From contig JASICF010000348.1 in assembly GCA_030044775.1 (NCBI GenBank), positions 1 to 43,402 of the forward strand: DNA of 43,402 nucleotides, given 5' to 3'. Position numbers and translations under genes: made by a program. The notes beneath the pieces are model-generated. The model saw only the letters and a list, made by a program, of their open reading frames with translations, was not told the origin of the DNA and did no database searches. The stretch comes from Candidatus Sulfotelmatobacter sp. (GTDB taxonomy: Bacteria; Acidobacteriota; Terriglobia; Terriglobales; Acidobacteriaceae). Each line of letters begins with the position of its first letter. The first letter of the stretch is position 1. Of the stretch, positions 1 to 9,361 are shown piece by piece.

Positions 1-38
1 CGCCCGGTCATTATAGACAAGCGCGCGGTTTTCCGTCC

Positions 39-66
39 TAAAGCCCCCGAGAATCTCCGCCGATAG
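39..66 (+). promoter_or_regulatory. candidate sigma-28 (FliA)-type promoter upstream of cheY-cheX
   Basis: TAAA (39-42), 16-nt spacer, GCCGATAG (59-66). The consensus is TAAA-N15-GCCGATAA. The site lies about 64 nt upstream of the cheY ATG. Confidence 0.35.
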
Positions 67-129
67 ACAAAGGAGGGCTGGGAACACCCCGACCCGGAAA
101 TCCGACCGGCGCGGGAGTCGCTTCGCCTT

Positions 130-513
130 ATGCCAGTACGCGTTCTCATCGTCGACGATTCCTCTGTCATGCGGAAGATCGTCGAGCGCTCCTTGCGGCA
201 GGCCGGGCTCGACCTGTCGCAGGTCTTCGAGGCAGGCAACGGTGCTGAAGCGCTGAGCGTGTTGCAGGCGAACCAAACCGATCTCATTCTCTGCGACATC
301 AACATGCCGGTAATGGACGGACTGGAGTTCATCAAGCAGCTTCCTTCGGTGGAAAACGCAAAAGCCGTGCCGGTGATCATGATCACCACCGAAGGAAGCG
401 AGGCGCACGTCGTGCAGGCGCTGTCCTGTGGCGCCCGCGGTTATATTCGCAAGCCGTTTACCCCAGACCAGGTCAAAACCCAGGTCATCCCAGCGCTGGC
501 AGGTAAAGTATGA
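130..513 (+). CDS. cheY: CheY-like single-domain response regulator
   Basis: 127 aa. Receiver signature VLIVDDS ... DLILCDINMPVMDG ... VIMITTEG ... YIRKPF. Translationally coupled to the cheX-like gene by an ATGA overlap. Confidence 0.9.
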   Translation: MPVRVLIVDDSSVMRKIVERSLRQAGLDLSQVFEAGNGAEALSVLQANQTDLILCDINMPVMDGLEFIKQLPSVENAKAVPVIMITTEGSEAHVVQALSCGARGYIRKPFTPDQVKTQVIPALAGKV

Positions 514-995
514 GTTCTTCGGCGGAATTGTTGGCTGCTGGTGGCAGTCACGAAACCTGGCGCCCGTTGCTGGAGCTTGCCACCCGTGAGGTATTCCAGT
601 TGATGCTGGGATGTCAGCTCACGTCCCTCGGGGCGGACGTAGACCTGCCGCCGGGCGTAACTTCCATGGTTGGACTTGCGGGTGAACTGTGCGGTGTCAT
701 GACCATCCAGTGCGGCGAAAAAGCCGCCGTGCTGATGACCTCGAGAATGCTCGGCCTGCCCGCCGAGAAGGTCGGCGCGGAGATGTCGGATGCGCTGGGC
801 GAGATCTGCAACATGGTCGCAGGAAATTTCAAGAACAAGATCTCGGGCTTGGGCGACGGTTGCTTGCTTTCTCCTCCTACGGTAATCACCGGAAGCGACT
901 ACAGCACGTACTCGCTGGCCGACTCACCCGGCCTCGAAGCCAGGATGTGTTTTGAAGGCCTGCCCGTGGTCATCACCTTGCAGATTCATTCCTGA
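510..995 (+). CDS. cheX: CheX-type CheY-P phosphatase (CheC/CheX/FliY family)
   Basis: 161 aa with a single D-x3-E-x2-N-x21/22-P motif (SDALGEICNMVAGNFKNK...LLSPP). Size and single motif fit CheX. 4-bp overlap with cheY. Confidence 0.75.
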   Translation: MSSSAELLAAGGSHETWRPLLELATREVFQLMLGCQLTSLGADVDLPPGVTSMVGLAGELCGVMTIQCGEKAAVLMTSRMLGLPAEKVGAEMSDALGEICNMVAGNFKNKISGLGDGCLLSPPTVITGSDYSTYSLADSPGLEARMCFEGLPVVITLQIHS

Positions 996-1066
996 AATCT
1001 CACGCCTACGGTGCACAAACCTCGGTGCTGGTGCCGTTTCGCGTTCACAGGGAGATGGCGGGTCTC

Positions 1067-1762
1067 TTATCTTTTGCTTCCAATACTAAATGTGATTCTT
1101 TGGTCGGGATGGCCGGGATCGTTCTTATCTCTTAGTTCAGCTGCGACTGCTTGCTCGTTCAGTGCTGAAACCAAGGCTGTAGCGGCTTCCTTTACGCGCC
1201 TATCTGCTTCTGGGTGCACATTTACGAATATCCCTATCACCCCACCGAATAGAGCGACTCCGGTTTTCGGTGGCGGGATGTACTTCCAACGTGCCATCTG
1301 GAGTGCTTGGTGGATGCGATTCGCAATGCCAACAGACTCTTTTGAATCCCAATATGCGACGATCTCGTATTCTTGGCCTGCATACGATGCCAGTTTAATG
1401 GCGATAGCGCGCAGCTGGTCATCGGTCAATGTCCGGTCTGCTAGCTGGCTTTTTAATCTCGCGGTTTCGCGTTCTGCCTCCGCTGCCCGCTCGTTAGCTT
1501 GGGCGATCTGTAGTTGGAATCCTTCTGCTTTTTGGCGTGCTTCCTCGGCCTCGTGGCCGGCTACGTTGGTAGCCTTCAAGTCTTCGGCGGCTTCCTTCTC
1601 AGTTTGTGCTGCCCGTTCAAATGCAGCTCCAGCGGATTGCTTGGCTTCTCCAATTTCTTGGTCGGAGATTATTTGGAGTTTGTTCGAAAGCACAAAGATT
1701 CCGCCGTCTGCCAATAGCTCTCCAGCAACGCCGATAATCACTAGTAGTTCGCCGACCTTCAT
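1067..1762 (-). CDS. hypothetical membrane-anchored coiled-coil protein
   Basis: 231 aa. N-terminal hydrophobic helix (GELLVIIGVAGELLADGGIFVL), an A/E/Q/R-rich coiled-coil stretch, and a C-terminal globular part. The opposite-strand 303-aa ORF is S/A/W-rich and looks like a shadow ORF. Weak SD. No family recognised. Confidence 0.5.
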   Translation of the reverse strand: MKVGELLVIIGVAGELLADGGIFVLSNKLQIISDQEIGEAKQSAGAAFERAAQTEKEAAEDLKATNVAGHEAEEARQKAEGFQLQIAQANERAAEAERETARLKSQLADRTLTDDQLRAIAIKLASYAGQEYEIVAYWDSKESVGIANRIHQALQMARWKYIPPPKTGVALFGGVIGIFVNVHPEADRRVKEAATALVSALNEQAVAAELRDKNDPGHPDQRITFSIGSKR

Positions 1763-1992
1763 CCATTTGAATCTCTTGTCTTTTTATCGACCCACCTCGT
1801 GGTCTTCATTAGCCGGACAAGTCGATTTTTCGGCCAAAGCAGAAGCCGGCCCGGTCATGACCAGCCGGCACGATCGCGAACCTGTTGGTTGGCCTGGGTG
1901 TACAATGGCCGATGATTTTTAGTTGAGGGTCATAGAATCGCCGACACCTCGGCTTGAGCCCCTGCCTCCCTCACGCCCGGTTGGTGCCTTTT

Positions 1993-3852
1993 ATGAATAT
2001 TCCGGGAGCCTGGCGGCTTTCTCCCACGCTTCGCGCATGGCGAAAGAACTGTTTCGAGCAAGGCTTCCGTTTGGGCACTACCCTATCGTTCGGGTGTATC
2101 TATTTATTCGGCTGTGTTTTTCTATTCGGCTGCTTGTGGGCGCACGGCCAAGGCACGACACCCTCCTCTTCTCCGACCAACTCTTCCCCTTCACAAAGCT
2201 CGAATCAGCAGACTTCCGCCGAGATCACTGCACAAGATCAGCCTGCAATGTTCAAGGTCAACGCGAACCTAGTCGTGGTGCGTACGGTGGTTCGCGATGC
2301 ACAGGGACACGCCATCGGCAATCTGAAGAAGGATGATTTCGAAGTCTTCGACAGGGGCAAGGCGCAGGTCATTACACAATTTGAAGTCGAGCAACCCGGC
2401 GATCTCTCTGCCAAAGCACGCCAGTCATCTGAGCAGAACGGCAACCCTGCCGAGCCGTTGAAGGCGTCGAGCATGCCCGAACGCTTCATCGCTTATATAT
2501 TCGACGATGTTCACCTGCAGTTCGGCGATCTCGCCCCGGTGCGCGACGCCGCGAAGCGCCATTTCGCCACGTTGCGCGCCACAGATCGGGCCGCGATCTT
2601 CACCACCTCGGGCCAGACCGTGCTTGACTACACCGACGATCGCGCGCAATTGAACTCTGCCCTGCTGCGCCTCATGCCTCGCCCGCTCGCCGTGGGTGTT
2701 TCGCACAACGCGGTTTGTCCTGACATCAGCTACTATCAAGCCGATCTCATTTTCAACAAGAAAGATCCCGAAGCCTCAAGCGTTGCAATGCAGGAGGCCC
2801 TTACCTGTCCTTCGGTACTCGCAGCTCTGCCGAACGTTGCAACCCAGCTTGCCTCCGGCCTTGTGAGCGAGAATGTTCAACTCGCCCTGTCCTCCGGCAC
2901 TCAGGAAAGCCGCGTCTCGCTCACGGTCTTGAACGATGTTGTCCGTAACCTCGCGACCAAACCAGGACAGCGGGAGATTGTCCTGGTTTCGCCGGGATTT
3001 ATCGCCCCCGAAATGGAGTTCGAATACTACGACATTATCAACCGCGCCGTCCGTGCTCAGGTTGTGATTAGCGCTCTCGATGCCCGCGGCCTGTACACCG
3101 TCGATCCTCTCGGCGATATTGCGAATCCTCCGCAAGTCGCTCCCCCTCCGCAAAAAGCGCAGTTCATAATCGGCGCCGCCAATGCCAACCAAGATCTCAT
3201 GGCCGCGTTTGCCGACGGCACTGGGGGCATATTCTTCCACAACAGCAACGATCTCGACGATGGTTTCCGCCGCACGGGAGAGGCTCCGGCGTACTCGTAT
3301 ATGTTGGCGTTCTCTCCGCAAAACCTAAGACTCGACGGCAGCTTCCACGCACTCAGGGTCAGCTTGAAAAATTCGCAGAAACTCACGGTTCAGGCGCGAC
3401 GCGGCTACTTTGCGCCGAAGCACGCAGCCGATCCGGAGCAACAGGCAAAACAGGAAATCGAAGACGCCATGTATTCGCAGGAAGAAGTACACAATCTTCC
3501 CGTTAGCCTGCAGACGCAATTTTTCAAGGCAAGCGATGACGCTGCCAAACTGATTGTGTTGGCTCATGTCGATGTGCAGCGCATGCACTATCGCAAAGCT
3601 GACGGCCGTAACAACGACGTTCTCACGTGCGTTTCCGCGGTATTTAACCGCAACGGCAACTTCGTCGAGGGCTTGGAAAAGACCGTTACCATGCACTGGA
3701 GAGACGAAACCTTAGAGCATCGCCTCGGCTCGGGCATTACCCTCAAAAGCAGCTTTGACGTGAAGCCGGGAAGCTACTTTGTGCGCCTGGTGGTGCGGGA
3801 TTCCGAAGGGCAATTGATGTCGGCGGAGAATGGAACGGTTGAGATTCGGTAA
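1993..3852 (+). CDS. VWA domain protein with N-terminal VWFA-related acidobacterial-type domain
   Basis: Hydrophobic signal-like N-terminus, then FKVNANLVVVRTVVRDAQGHAIGNLKKDDFEVFDRGKAQVITQF, followed by a VWA-like core (YIFDDVH...IFTTSG). The ATG at 1993 is preferred over the TTG at 1954, so the start is uncertain. Confidence 0.8.
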   Translation: MNIPGAWRLSPTLRAWRKNCFEQGFRLGTTLSFGCIYLFGCVFLFGCLWAHGQGTTPSSSPTNSSPSQSSNQQTSAEITAQDQPAMFKVNANLVVVRTVVRDAQGHAIGNLKKDDFEVFDRGKAQVITQFEVEQPGDLSAKARQSSEQNGNPAEPLKASSMPERFIAYIFDDVHLQFGDLAPVRDAAKRHFATLRATDRAAIFTTSGQTVLDYTDDRAQLNSALLRLMPRPLAVGVSHNAVCPDISYYQADLIFNKKDPEASSVAMQEALTCPSVLAALPNVATQLASGLVSENVQLALSSGTQESRVSLTVLNDVVRNLATKPGQREIVLVSPGFIAPEMEFEYYDIINRAVRAQVVISALDARGLYTVDPLGDIANPPQVAPPPQKAQFIIGAANANQDLMAAFADGTGGIFFHNSNDLDDGFRRTGEAPAYSYMLAFSPQNLRLDGSFHALRVSLKNSQKLTVQARRGYFAPKHAADPEQQAKQEIEDAMYSQEEVHNLPVSLQTQFFKASDDAAKLIVLAHVDVQRMHYRKADGRNNDVLTCVSAVFNRNGNFVEGLEKTVTMHWRDETLEHRLGSGITLKSSFDVKPGSYFVRLVVRDSEGQLMSAENGTVEIR

Positions 3853-3908
3853 GTGAGGTGCCTTGGGAAGTTCTATGGAACGTTCTCTCTTCGGGGTGGA
3901 GGCGTGGT

Positions 3909-6218
3909 ATGCGTAGACAACATCTGGTCCCGCTCATTGGTTTAATGTGTTTTGCCGGCTGCTGGATTGTCCTCAACCAGGCTACGGATCATGGCGTCGC
4001 ACACGCGCAAACTTCAGCGGACAACCTCACGACCTTCCACGCCGAATCGCGCCTGGTCTTGGTCGACAGCATCGTGACCGATAAGAACGGAGATTACGTT
4101 CGCGATCTCACGCAAAAAGATTTCAAAGTATGGGAAGACGGTAAGGAGCAGACCATTTCCAGCTTTTCGTACGAGGAAAATACCAGTAGCACTCCCGCCG
4201 CAAAACCACGCTACATGGTTTTATTCTTCGATAACTCCACCATGGAGTTTGGAGATCAGGCGAAAGCCCGCGATGCCGCCACCAAGTTTATTGAGGCAAA
4301 CGCCGGTCCTGATCGGCTGATTGCGATTGCCGAATTCGGCGGTACAGTCACGATTACGCAAAACTTCACTGCCGACGCAGATCGGCTCAAGAAGGTCGTG
4401 GCAGGAATCAAAGGCTCGGCCGTTTCCCCGAATCCCGAGCCTTCGATGGCATCGCTTGCGCCCCCCACCGTAGCCGCCACGACAATGCCATCCCTCAGTA
4501 ATGCCGAAGCCGATTTCGGAGTTCATACGGTGCTGCTCGCCTTGCGCGATCTAGCCAAAGGAATGGCAAACGTTCCCGGGCGCAAGACTTTGGTCCTGCT
4601 GACCGCCGGTTTTCCATTGAACTCCGAGTATGAGTCGGAGATCACCGCCACGATCGATGCCTGCAATAAATCGAATGTCGCCATTTATCCGATCGATGTT
4701 CGCGGGTTGGTCGCCCCGATTCCGACGGGGCCACAAGGCCGCTCGCAGCGCCCGTCGATCGATTCCTCATGGCCGGCGCTGATTTCGGCAACATTTCACG
4801 TCAGAACGAATCAACCGGCTCTGAAACTCGCTGCATTCGGCGAGCCTGATGCCGACCCCGGCCAGCACACCGGCGGCGGTGGTGGGACTGGAGGAACTGG
4901 AGGCAGCGGTGGCGGCCACAGCGGCAGTCCCGGCGGTGGCGGAACAAGCGGAGGAGGTCACACCAGCGGCGGCGGCACAGGCAGCACTGGCGGTGGCAAA
5001 ACCGGGGGTGGAACGCCGGTCTCTGCTCAATACAACAATGGCGTCTATAACCCCTACAATCAGCCGCGGCAGATTGTTCCCACTTTTCCTCCCAGCGCCA
5101 GCGAGAATCAGCAGGTGATGTATCAACTGGCTGATGGCACCGGCGGATTCGTGATTCTCAACACCAACGACCTTCTCGGCGGCCTGCAGCGCATTGCCCG
5201 AGACCAGAACCAGTACTATCTGCTCGGTTACGTGCCGGCGGCAACCGTAGAAGGCAGTTGCCATAGCCTGAAAGTGAAGGTTGAGCGCCATGGCACCGAG
5301 GTTCGCGCGCGCAGCGGATATTGCACAACCCGGCCGGTCGATTTGCTTGCCGGCAATCCTGTCGAGAAAGATCTCGAATCCCGCGCCAGCGGCGAGATGA
5401 AAGGCAATGTGGCCGCTTCCATGGAAGCGCCGTTTTTCTACACGTCGCCCAACACCGCTCAGGTTCATCTCGCGGTCGAGATTCCGTCCTCCGCGTTGAA
5501 GTTCGACAAGGTAAAGGGCAAAGAGCATGCAGCTCTCAATATTCTCGGCATCGCTTACAAGCCGGATGGCACGATCGCTGCACGCTTCAGCGACACCGTG
5601 AATTTCGACTTCGATGGCAAGAAGGAAGTCGAGCAATTCCAGAAGCAGCCGTTTCATTACCAGAATCAGTTCGGAATCGCCTCCGGCCAGTACAACCTCA
5701 GGGTTGCCTTCAGCTCGGGCAATGAGAGCTTCGGCAAACTGGAAGCACCTCTCGCGGTCGATCCGTACGGTGAGCAGCAATTCAGCATCAGCGGCGTCGC
5801 GCTCAGCAATTCAGTCAGCCGGGCCGCTGATCTTTCGACTGATCTCGATAGCCTGCTGCTGGAAGATCGCACTCCTTTGATTGTCCAGGGATTGCAGATT
5901 TCACCATCGGCTACGAACCACTTCAAACAGACGGACAATGCCGCGATTTATGCAGAGGTTTACGAACCCTTGCTGAGAAAGCCGAACCCTCCCGATGTGG
6001 CTTACGAGTTGATCATTGTGAACCTCAAAACCAACCAGCAGAAATTCCATATTGGAGATCGCACGCCGAAAGGAACATCTGGCAATCCCGTCATCGCTCT
6101 AGGCTTGAGGCTGCCGGTCGCTCATCTCGATCCCGGCTCCTACCGGCTCGACCTGCGGGCGGTGGATTCTGCCGGCCATTCGAGTACGACCCGCTCCACG
6201 GATTTTGAAGTTGAGTGA
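3909..6218 (+). CDS. VWA domain protein, paralog of the upstream gene, with an internal Gly-rich linker
   Basis: Same N-terminal pattern (FHAESRLVLVDSIVTDKNGDYVRDLTQKDFKVWEDGKEQTISSF) and a VWA core (MVLFFDNS...). The ATG at 3909 is preceded by GGAGG. The track start at 3858 is GTG. Confidence 0.8.
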   Translation: MRRQHLVPLIGLMCFAGCWIVLNQATDHGVAHAQTSADNLTTFHAESRLVLVDSIVTDKNGDYVRDLTQKDFKVWEDGKEQTISSFSYEENTSSTPAAKPRYMVLFFDNSTMEFGDQAKARDAATKFIEANAGPDRLIAIAEFGGTVTITQNFTADADRLKKVVAGIKGSAVSPNPEPSMASLAPPTVAATTMPSLSNAEADFGVHTVLLALRDLAKGMANVPGRKTLVLLTAGFPLNSEYESEITATIDACNKSNVAIYPIDVRGLVAPIPTGPQGRSQRPSIDSSWPALISATFHVRTNQPALKLAAFGEPDADPGQHTGGGGGTGGTGGSGGGHSGSPGGGGTSGGGHTSGGGTGSTGGGKTGGGTPVSAQYNNGVYNPYNQPRQIVPTFPPSASENQQVMYQLADGTGGFVILNTNDLLGGLQRIARDQNQYYLLGYVPAATVEGSCHSLKVKVERHGTEVRARSGYCTTRPVDLLAGNPVEKDLESRASGEMKGNVAASMEAPFFYTSPNTAQVHLAVEIPSSALKFDKVKGKEHAALNILGIAYKPDGTIAARFSDTVNFDFDGKKEVEQFQKQPFHYQNQFGIASGQYNLRVAFSSGNESFGKLEAPLAVDPYGEQQFSISGVALSNSVSRAADLSTDLDSLLLEDRTPLIVQGLQISPSATNHFKQTDNAAIYAEVYEPLLRKPNPPDVAYELIIVNLKTNQQKFHIGDRTPKGTSGNPVIALGLRLPVAHLDPGSYRLDLRAVDSAGHSSTTRSTDFEVE

Positions 6219-6453
6219 GGTGGGGCAATCCGAAGATGCATTCAGAAGTGTGAGCCATTTCAGGAATCTCGTCGAAAAATCGCAAAGGCGGCCGCCATTA
6301 TTCGACCTCAGAACTCGCCTTCGCATATGATTCATCCATGATTTCTCCCGGTCTGGGTAGCCTGGTTTTCGGGCACCGGTCTTCGTCATGTTGCCTCGTT
6401 CTTATGCTGCACTGGAAGCCCACTGCGGCTGGGTCTTCCGCGAGGCCCGCGCG

Positions 6454-7437
6454 ATGATCATCGCGCGAAGCCCGTTGAGAATCTGTCTCGGCGGAGGCGG
6501 CACTGATCTGCCATCTTATTATCGTGAGCACACCGGCTTCGTGGTCTCTGCCGCGATCAATCGCTACGTTTACATCACAATCAACCAGGCATTTCACCCG
6601 CGAATTTTTGTCAAATACTCCAAGTTTGAGGAAGTCGAGCGGGTCGAAGACATTCAGCACCCTATCATTCGTGAAGCTCTGCAGCTGGCCGGCGTTACCG
6701 GGCCGTATCTTGAGATTGTCAGCCTTTCTGATATCCCCGCCGGAACAGGCATGGGATCTTCCGGGAGTTTCACGACCGCACTTCTGTCGGCGCTTCATGC
6801 TTACAAACACGAATTCATCGCGCCGCGCGAACTCGCGGAGCAGGCTTGCCATATTGAACTGGATCGTCTGAAAGAGCCCATCGGCAAGCAGGATCAATAC
6901 ATCGCCGCGCACGGTGGCATCATGTGCTTCAATTTTCTTCCAGATGACACGGTGAAAATTGAGCCTTTGAAAGTTTCCGCTGAAACCCTCGCCAATCTGG
7001 AGGACAATCTTCTCTTGTTTTTCACCGGCAGCTCGCGCAATGCATCGGATATTCTCCGCGACCAGGATTCACGCACCAAGCACAATGACGGGTGCATGAT
7101 CGAGAACCTTCATTTCACAAAAAAGCTGGGCATCGAGAGCCGCGATGCGCTGCTCGCCGGCGACCTGAATCATTTCGCCGACTTGATGAACATCCATTGG
7201 GAGCACAAAAAGAAACGATCGCCCGGCATGAGCAGCGATGAAATCGATAGGCTTTATGCTCTCGCCAAAGCCAACGGTGCTCGCGGCGGCAAGTTGATCG
7301 GCGCCGGAGGCGGCGGATTTCTCATGTTCTACAGCGAGGAGACCACCCGCCTGCGCGCCGCCATGCGCGGCGCCGGCTTGCGCGAGGTTCGCATGCAGTT
7401 CGATTTTGCCGGCACCACGGTAGTAGCGCATTCCTAG
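6454..7437 (+). CDS. hddA: GHMP-family sugar kinase, D-glycero-alpha-D-manno-heptose-7-phosphate kinase-like
   Basis: MIIARSPLRICLGGGGTDLPSYY N-terminus. GHMP motif PAGTGMGSSGSF. C-terminal GAGGGGFLMF. Sits with the other heptose-pathway genes. Confidence 0.8.
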   Translation: MIIARSPLRICLGGGGTDLPSYYREHTGFVVSAAINRYVYITINQAFHPRIFVKYSKFEEVERVEDIQHPIIREALQLAGVTGPYLEIVSLSDIPAGTGMGSSGSFTTALLSALHAYKHEFIAPRELAEQACHIELDRLKEPIGKQDQYIAAHGGIMCFNFLPDDTVKIEPLKVSAETLANLEDNLLLFFTGSSRNASDILRDQDSRTKHNDGCMIENLHFTKKLGIESRDALLAGDLNHFADLMNIHWEHKKKRSPGMSSDEIDRLYALAKANGARGGKLIGAGGGGFLMFYSEETTRLRAAMRGAGLREVRMQFDFAGTTVVAHS

Positions 7438-7445
7438 GAGCCGCA

Positions 7446-8180
7446 TTGTTGACCGTCGCCATTCTTGCTGGAGGCCGCGCCACACGTCTTGGACCTTTGA
7501 CGGAGAACGTGCCCAAGTCGCTTCTTCCGGTCAACGGCGAGCCGTTCGTAATTCATCAGCTCCGGCTGCTTCGTTCCAAAGGCATCAAGCACGTTGTGCT
7601 CTGCGTGGGGCATTTCGGCGATCTCATCCAACGAGCGCTTAGCGATGGCTCAAATCTTGATCCTTCGAATCTCGGCCTTCAGGTAGACTACTCAATCGAC
7701 GGTGCGTCTCTGCTGGGCACGGCGGGTGCGATCAAGAATGCCCTTCCCAAATTGGAGAGTTCTTTTTTCGTGATGTACGGCGACTCGTACCTGCCGTGCG
7801 ACTACGCCGCCGTGGCCCGCAACTTCGACTCCACCGGTGTGTTGGGAATGATGACGGTCTTTCGCAACCAGGGGAAGTGGGACACGAGCAACGTCGAAGT
7901 CGAATCCGGGGAAATTCTCGCGTACAGCAAAACTCACCTTACGCGGCGCATGCAGTATATCGATTACGGGCTCGGCGTCTTCCGCGCTGAGGCATTTGCA
8001 AGTATGCCCCAGGGGAAACCCTGCGATCTCGCCGACGTTTATTCGAATCTGCTGGAAAGAAAACAGTTGGCGGCATTTGAAGTGCGCGAACGCTTTTACG
8101 AGATCGGATCGCCAGCCGGCTTGCGCGAAACGACAGAATTTCTAGCGCGCGCACCAAGACGCACGACAAGCCATCCATGA
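7446..8180 (+). CDS. hddC: sugar-1-phosphate nucleotidyltransferase, heptose-1-phosphate guanylyltransferase-like
   Basis: AILAGGRATRLGPLTENVPKSLLPV nucleotidyltransferase P-loop-like motif. TTG start 6 nt after AGGAG. Operon context. Confidence 0.8.
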   Translation: MLTVAILAGGRATRLGPLTENVPKSLLPVNGEPFVIHQLRLLRSKGIKHVVLCVGHFGDLIQRALSDGSNLDPSNLGLQVDYSIDGASLLGTAGAIKNALPKLESSFFVMYGDSYLPCDYAAVARNFDSTGVLGMMTVFRNQGKWDTSNVEVESGEILAYSKTHLTRRMQYIDYGLGVFRAEAFASMPQGKPCDLADVYSNLLERKQLAAFEVRERFYEIGSPAGLRETTEFLARAPRRTTSHP

Positions 8181-9361
8181 ACGAAACCGGCACATTCACA
8201 AATCAGTTCCTGGCGGAAGCCAGAACCGTTATCGATCGCCTCGACCGCACAAGTATCGAAGAAGCCGCTTCCCTGCTCGCGCAAACCCACTCTGCGGGCG
8301 GGCGCTTGTTTATTCTCGGCGTGGGCGGCAGCGCCGCCAACGCCTCGCACGCCGTGAATGATTTTCGCAAGCTGGCGGGCATCGAAGCCTACGCTCCGAC
8401 CGACAACGTTTCTGAACTCACGGCCCGCACCAATGACGAAGGCTGGCCAGCCGTATTCGAAAGCTGGCTACGCACAAGCCGCCTGCGGTCGAACGATCTC
8501 GTAGTGGTTTTTTCCGTTGGCGGCGGTGATCTCGAAAAAAGCATCAGTCCAAATTTGGTGAGTGCCCTCAAATACGCAAAAACCGTCGACGCAAAAATTC
8601 TCGGCGTCGTCGGCCGCGACGGGGGCTACACGGCCCAGGTTGCAGATGTCTGCATTCTTATTCCCACGGTCAACGCTGCACACACCACGCCGCACACGGA
8701 GGCTTTTCAATCCGTCGTTTCGCATCTGCTCGTCTCCCATCCGAAGGTAAAGCGGTATGCCACGAAGTGGGAATCAACCGAGGCTCCAGGGGATCGCACG
8801 CTTCGGCCGGCAGTCTTCATCGATCGAGATGGCGTCCTTAACCGTGCGACGGTGCGCGACGGCAAACCGCTTCCCCCGCCGGGCTTGCAGGACCTTGAAA
8901 TTCTTCCTGGCGTCGCGCCGGCGCTGGCCGAGCTGAAGTCGCACGGATTTCCTCTCTATGTGATCACCAACCAGCCCGATGTCGCCCGCGGCAGCCTCAC
9001 CCGTGCCCAAGTGGATGCCATGAACCAAAAGTTAGCCTCCCTGCTCCCGGTCGATGACATCTTCGTCTGTTATCATGATGATGCAGATCATTGCGCGTGC
9101 CGAAAACCCAAACCCGGCCTGATCCACGAGGCACAGCGCAAGTACGATATCGATCTCGCTCGCAGTTTCGTTGTGGGGGATCGCTGGCGCGATATTGACG
9201 CCGGCCACGCTGCAGGTTGCAAAACAATTTTGATCGACTACGGCTACCGCGAGAGAAAACCCGCCCAGCCTCCGGAAGCGAAGGTGCGGTCTTTGCGCGA
9301 AGCGGCCGAATGGATCATTCGTTGCAGCTTAAAGGAGCCCAAGAATGAAGTCCGTCTCTGA
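8177..9361 (+). CDS. gmhA/gmhB: fused phosphoheptose isomerase (SIS, GmhA-like) / D,D-heptose 1,7-bisphosphate phosphatase (HAD, GmhB-like)
   Basis: N-terminal half is SIS-like (LFILGVGGSAANASHAVNDF). C-terminal half has the HAD motif AVFIDRDGVLN, NQPDVARG and the Zn-finger-like CYHDDADHCACRKPKPG typical of GmhB. ATGA overlap with hddC. Confidence 0.85.
   Translation: MNETGTFTNQFLAEARTVIDRLDRTSIEEAASLLAQTHSAGGRLFILGVGGSAANASHAVNDFRKLAGIEAYAPTDNVSELTARTNDEGWPAVFESWLRTSRLRSNDLVVVFSVGGGDLEKSISPNLVSALKYAKTVDAKILGVVGRDGGYTAQVADVCILIPTVNAAHTTPHTEAFQSVVSHLLVSHPKVKRYATKWESTEAPGDRTLRPAVFIDRDGVLNRATVRDGKPLPPPGLQDLEILPGVAPALAELKSHGFPLYVITNQPDVARGSLTRAQVDAMNQKLASLLPVDDIFVCYHDDADHCACRKPKPGLIHEAQRKYDIDLARSFVVGDRWRDIDAGHAAGCKTILIDYGYRERKPAQPPEAKVRSLREAAEWIIRCSLKEPKNEVRL

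Noticed and set aside
1011-1922. 303-aa + strand ORF overlapping the 231-aa minus-strand gene
   Set aside because: The composition is S/A/W/C-rich with no motifs, which is typical of the antisense frame of an A/E/Q/R-rich coiled-coil gene. The minus-strand product looks protein-like.
4860-5017. Gly-rich segment of the second VWA gene as a hypervariable DNA repeat
   Set aside because: It is low-complexity GGN-rich coding sequence without an exact tandem unit. It stays in frame and is best described as a flexible linker.
4767-5780. Other long antisense ORFs, for example 4767..5780(-), 15954..16874(+), 32750..33754(+), 39363..40028(-), 40323..41054(-), 41164..41856(-)
   Set aside because: Each lies opposite a gene with unmistakable family motifs (VWA, HD-GYP, MoaA, CheA, MCP). 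Stop-poor antisense frames are expected at this GC content.
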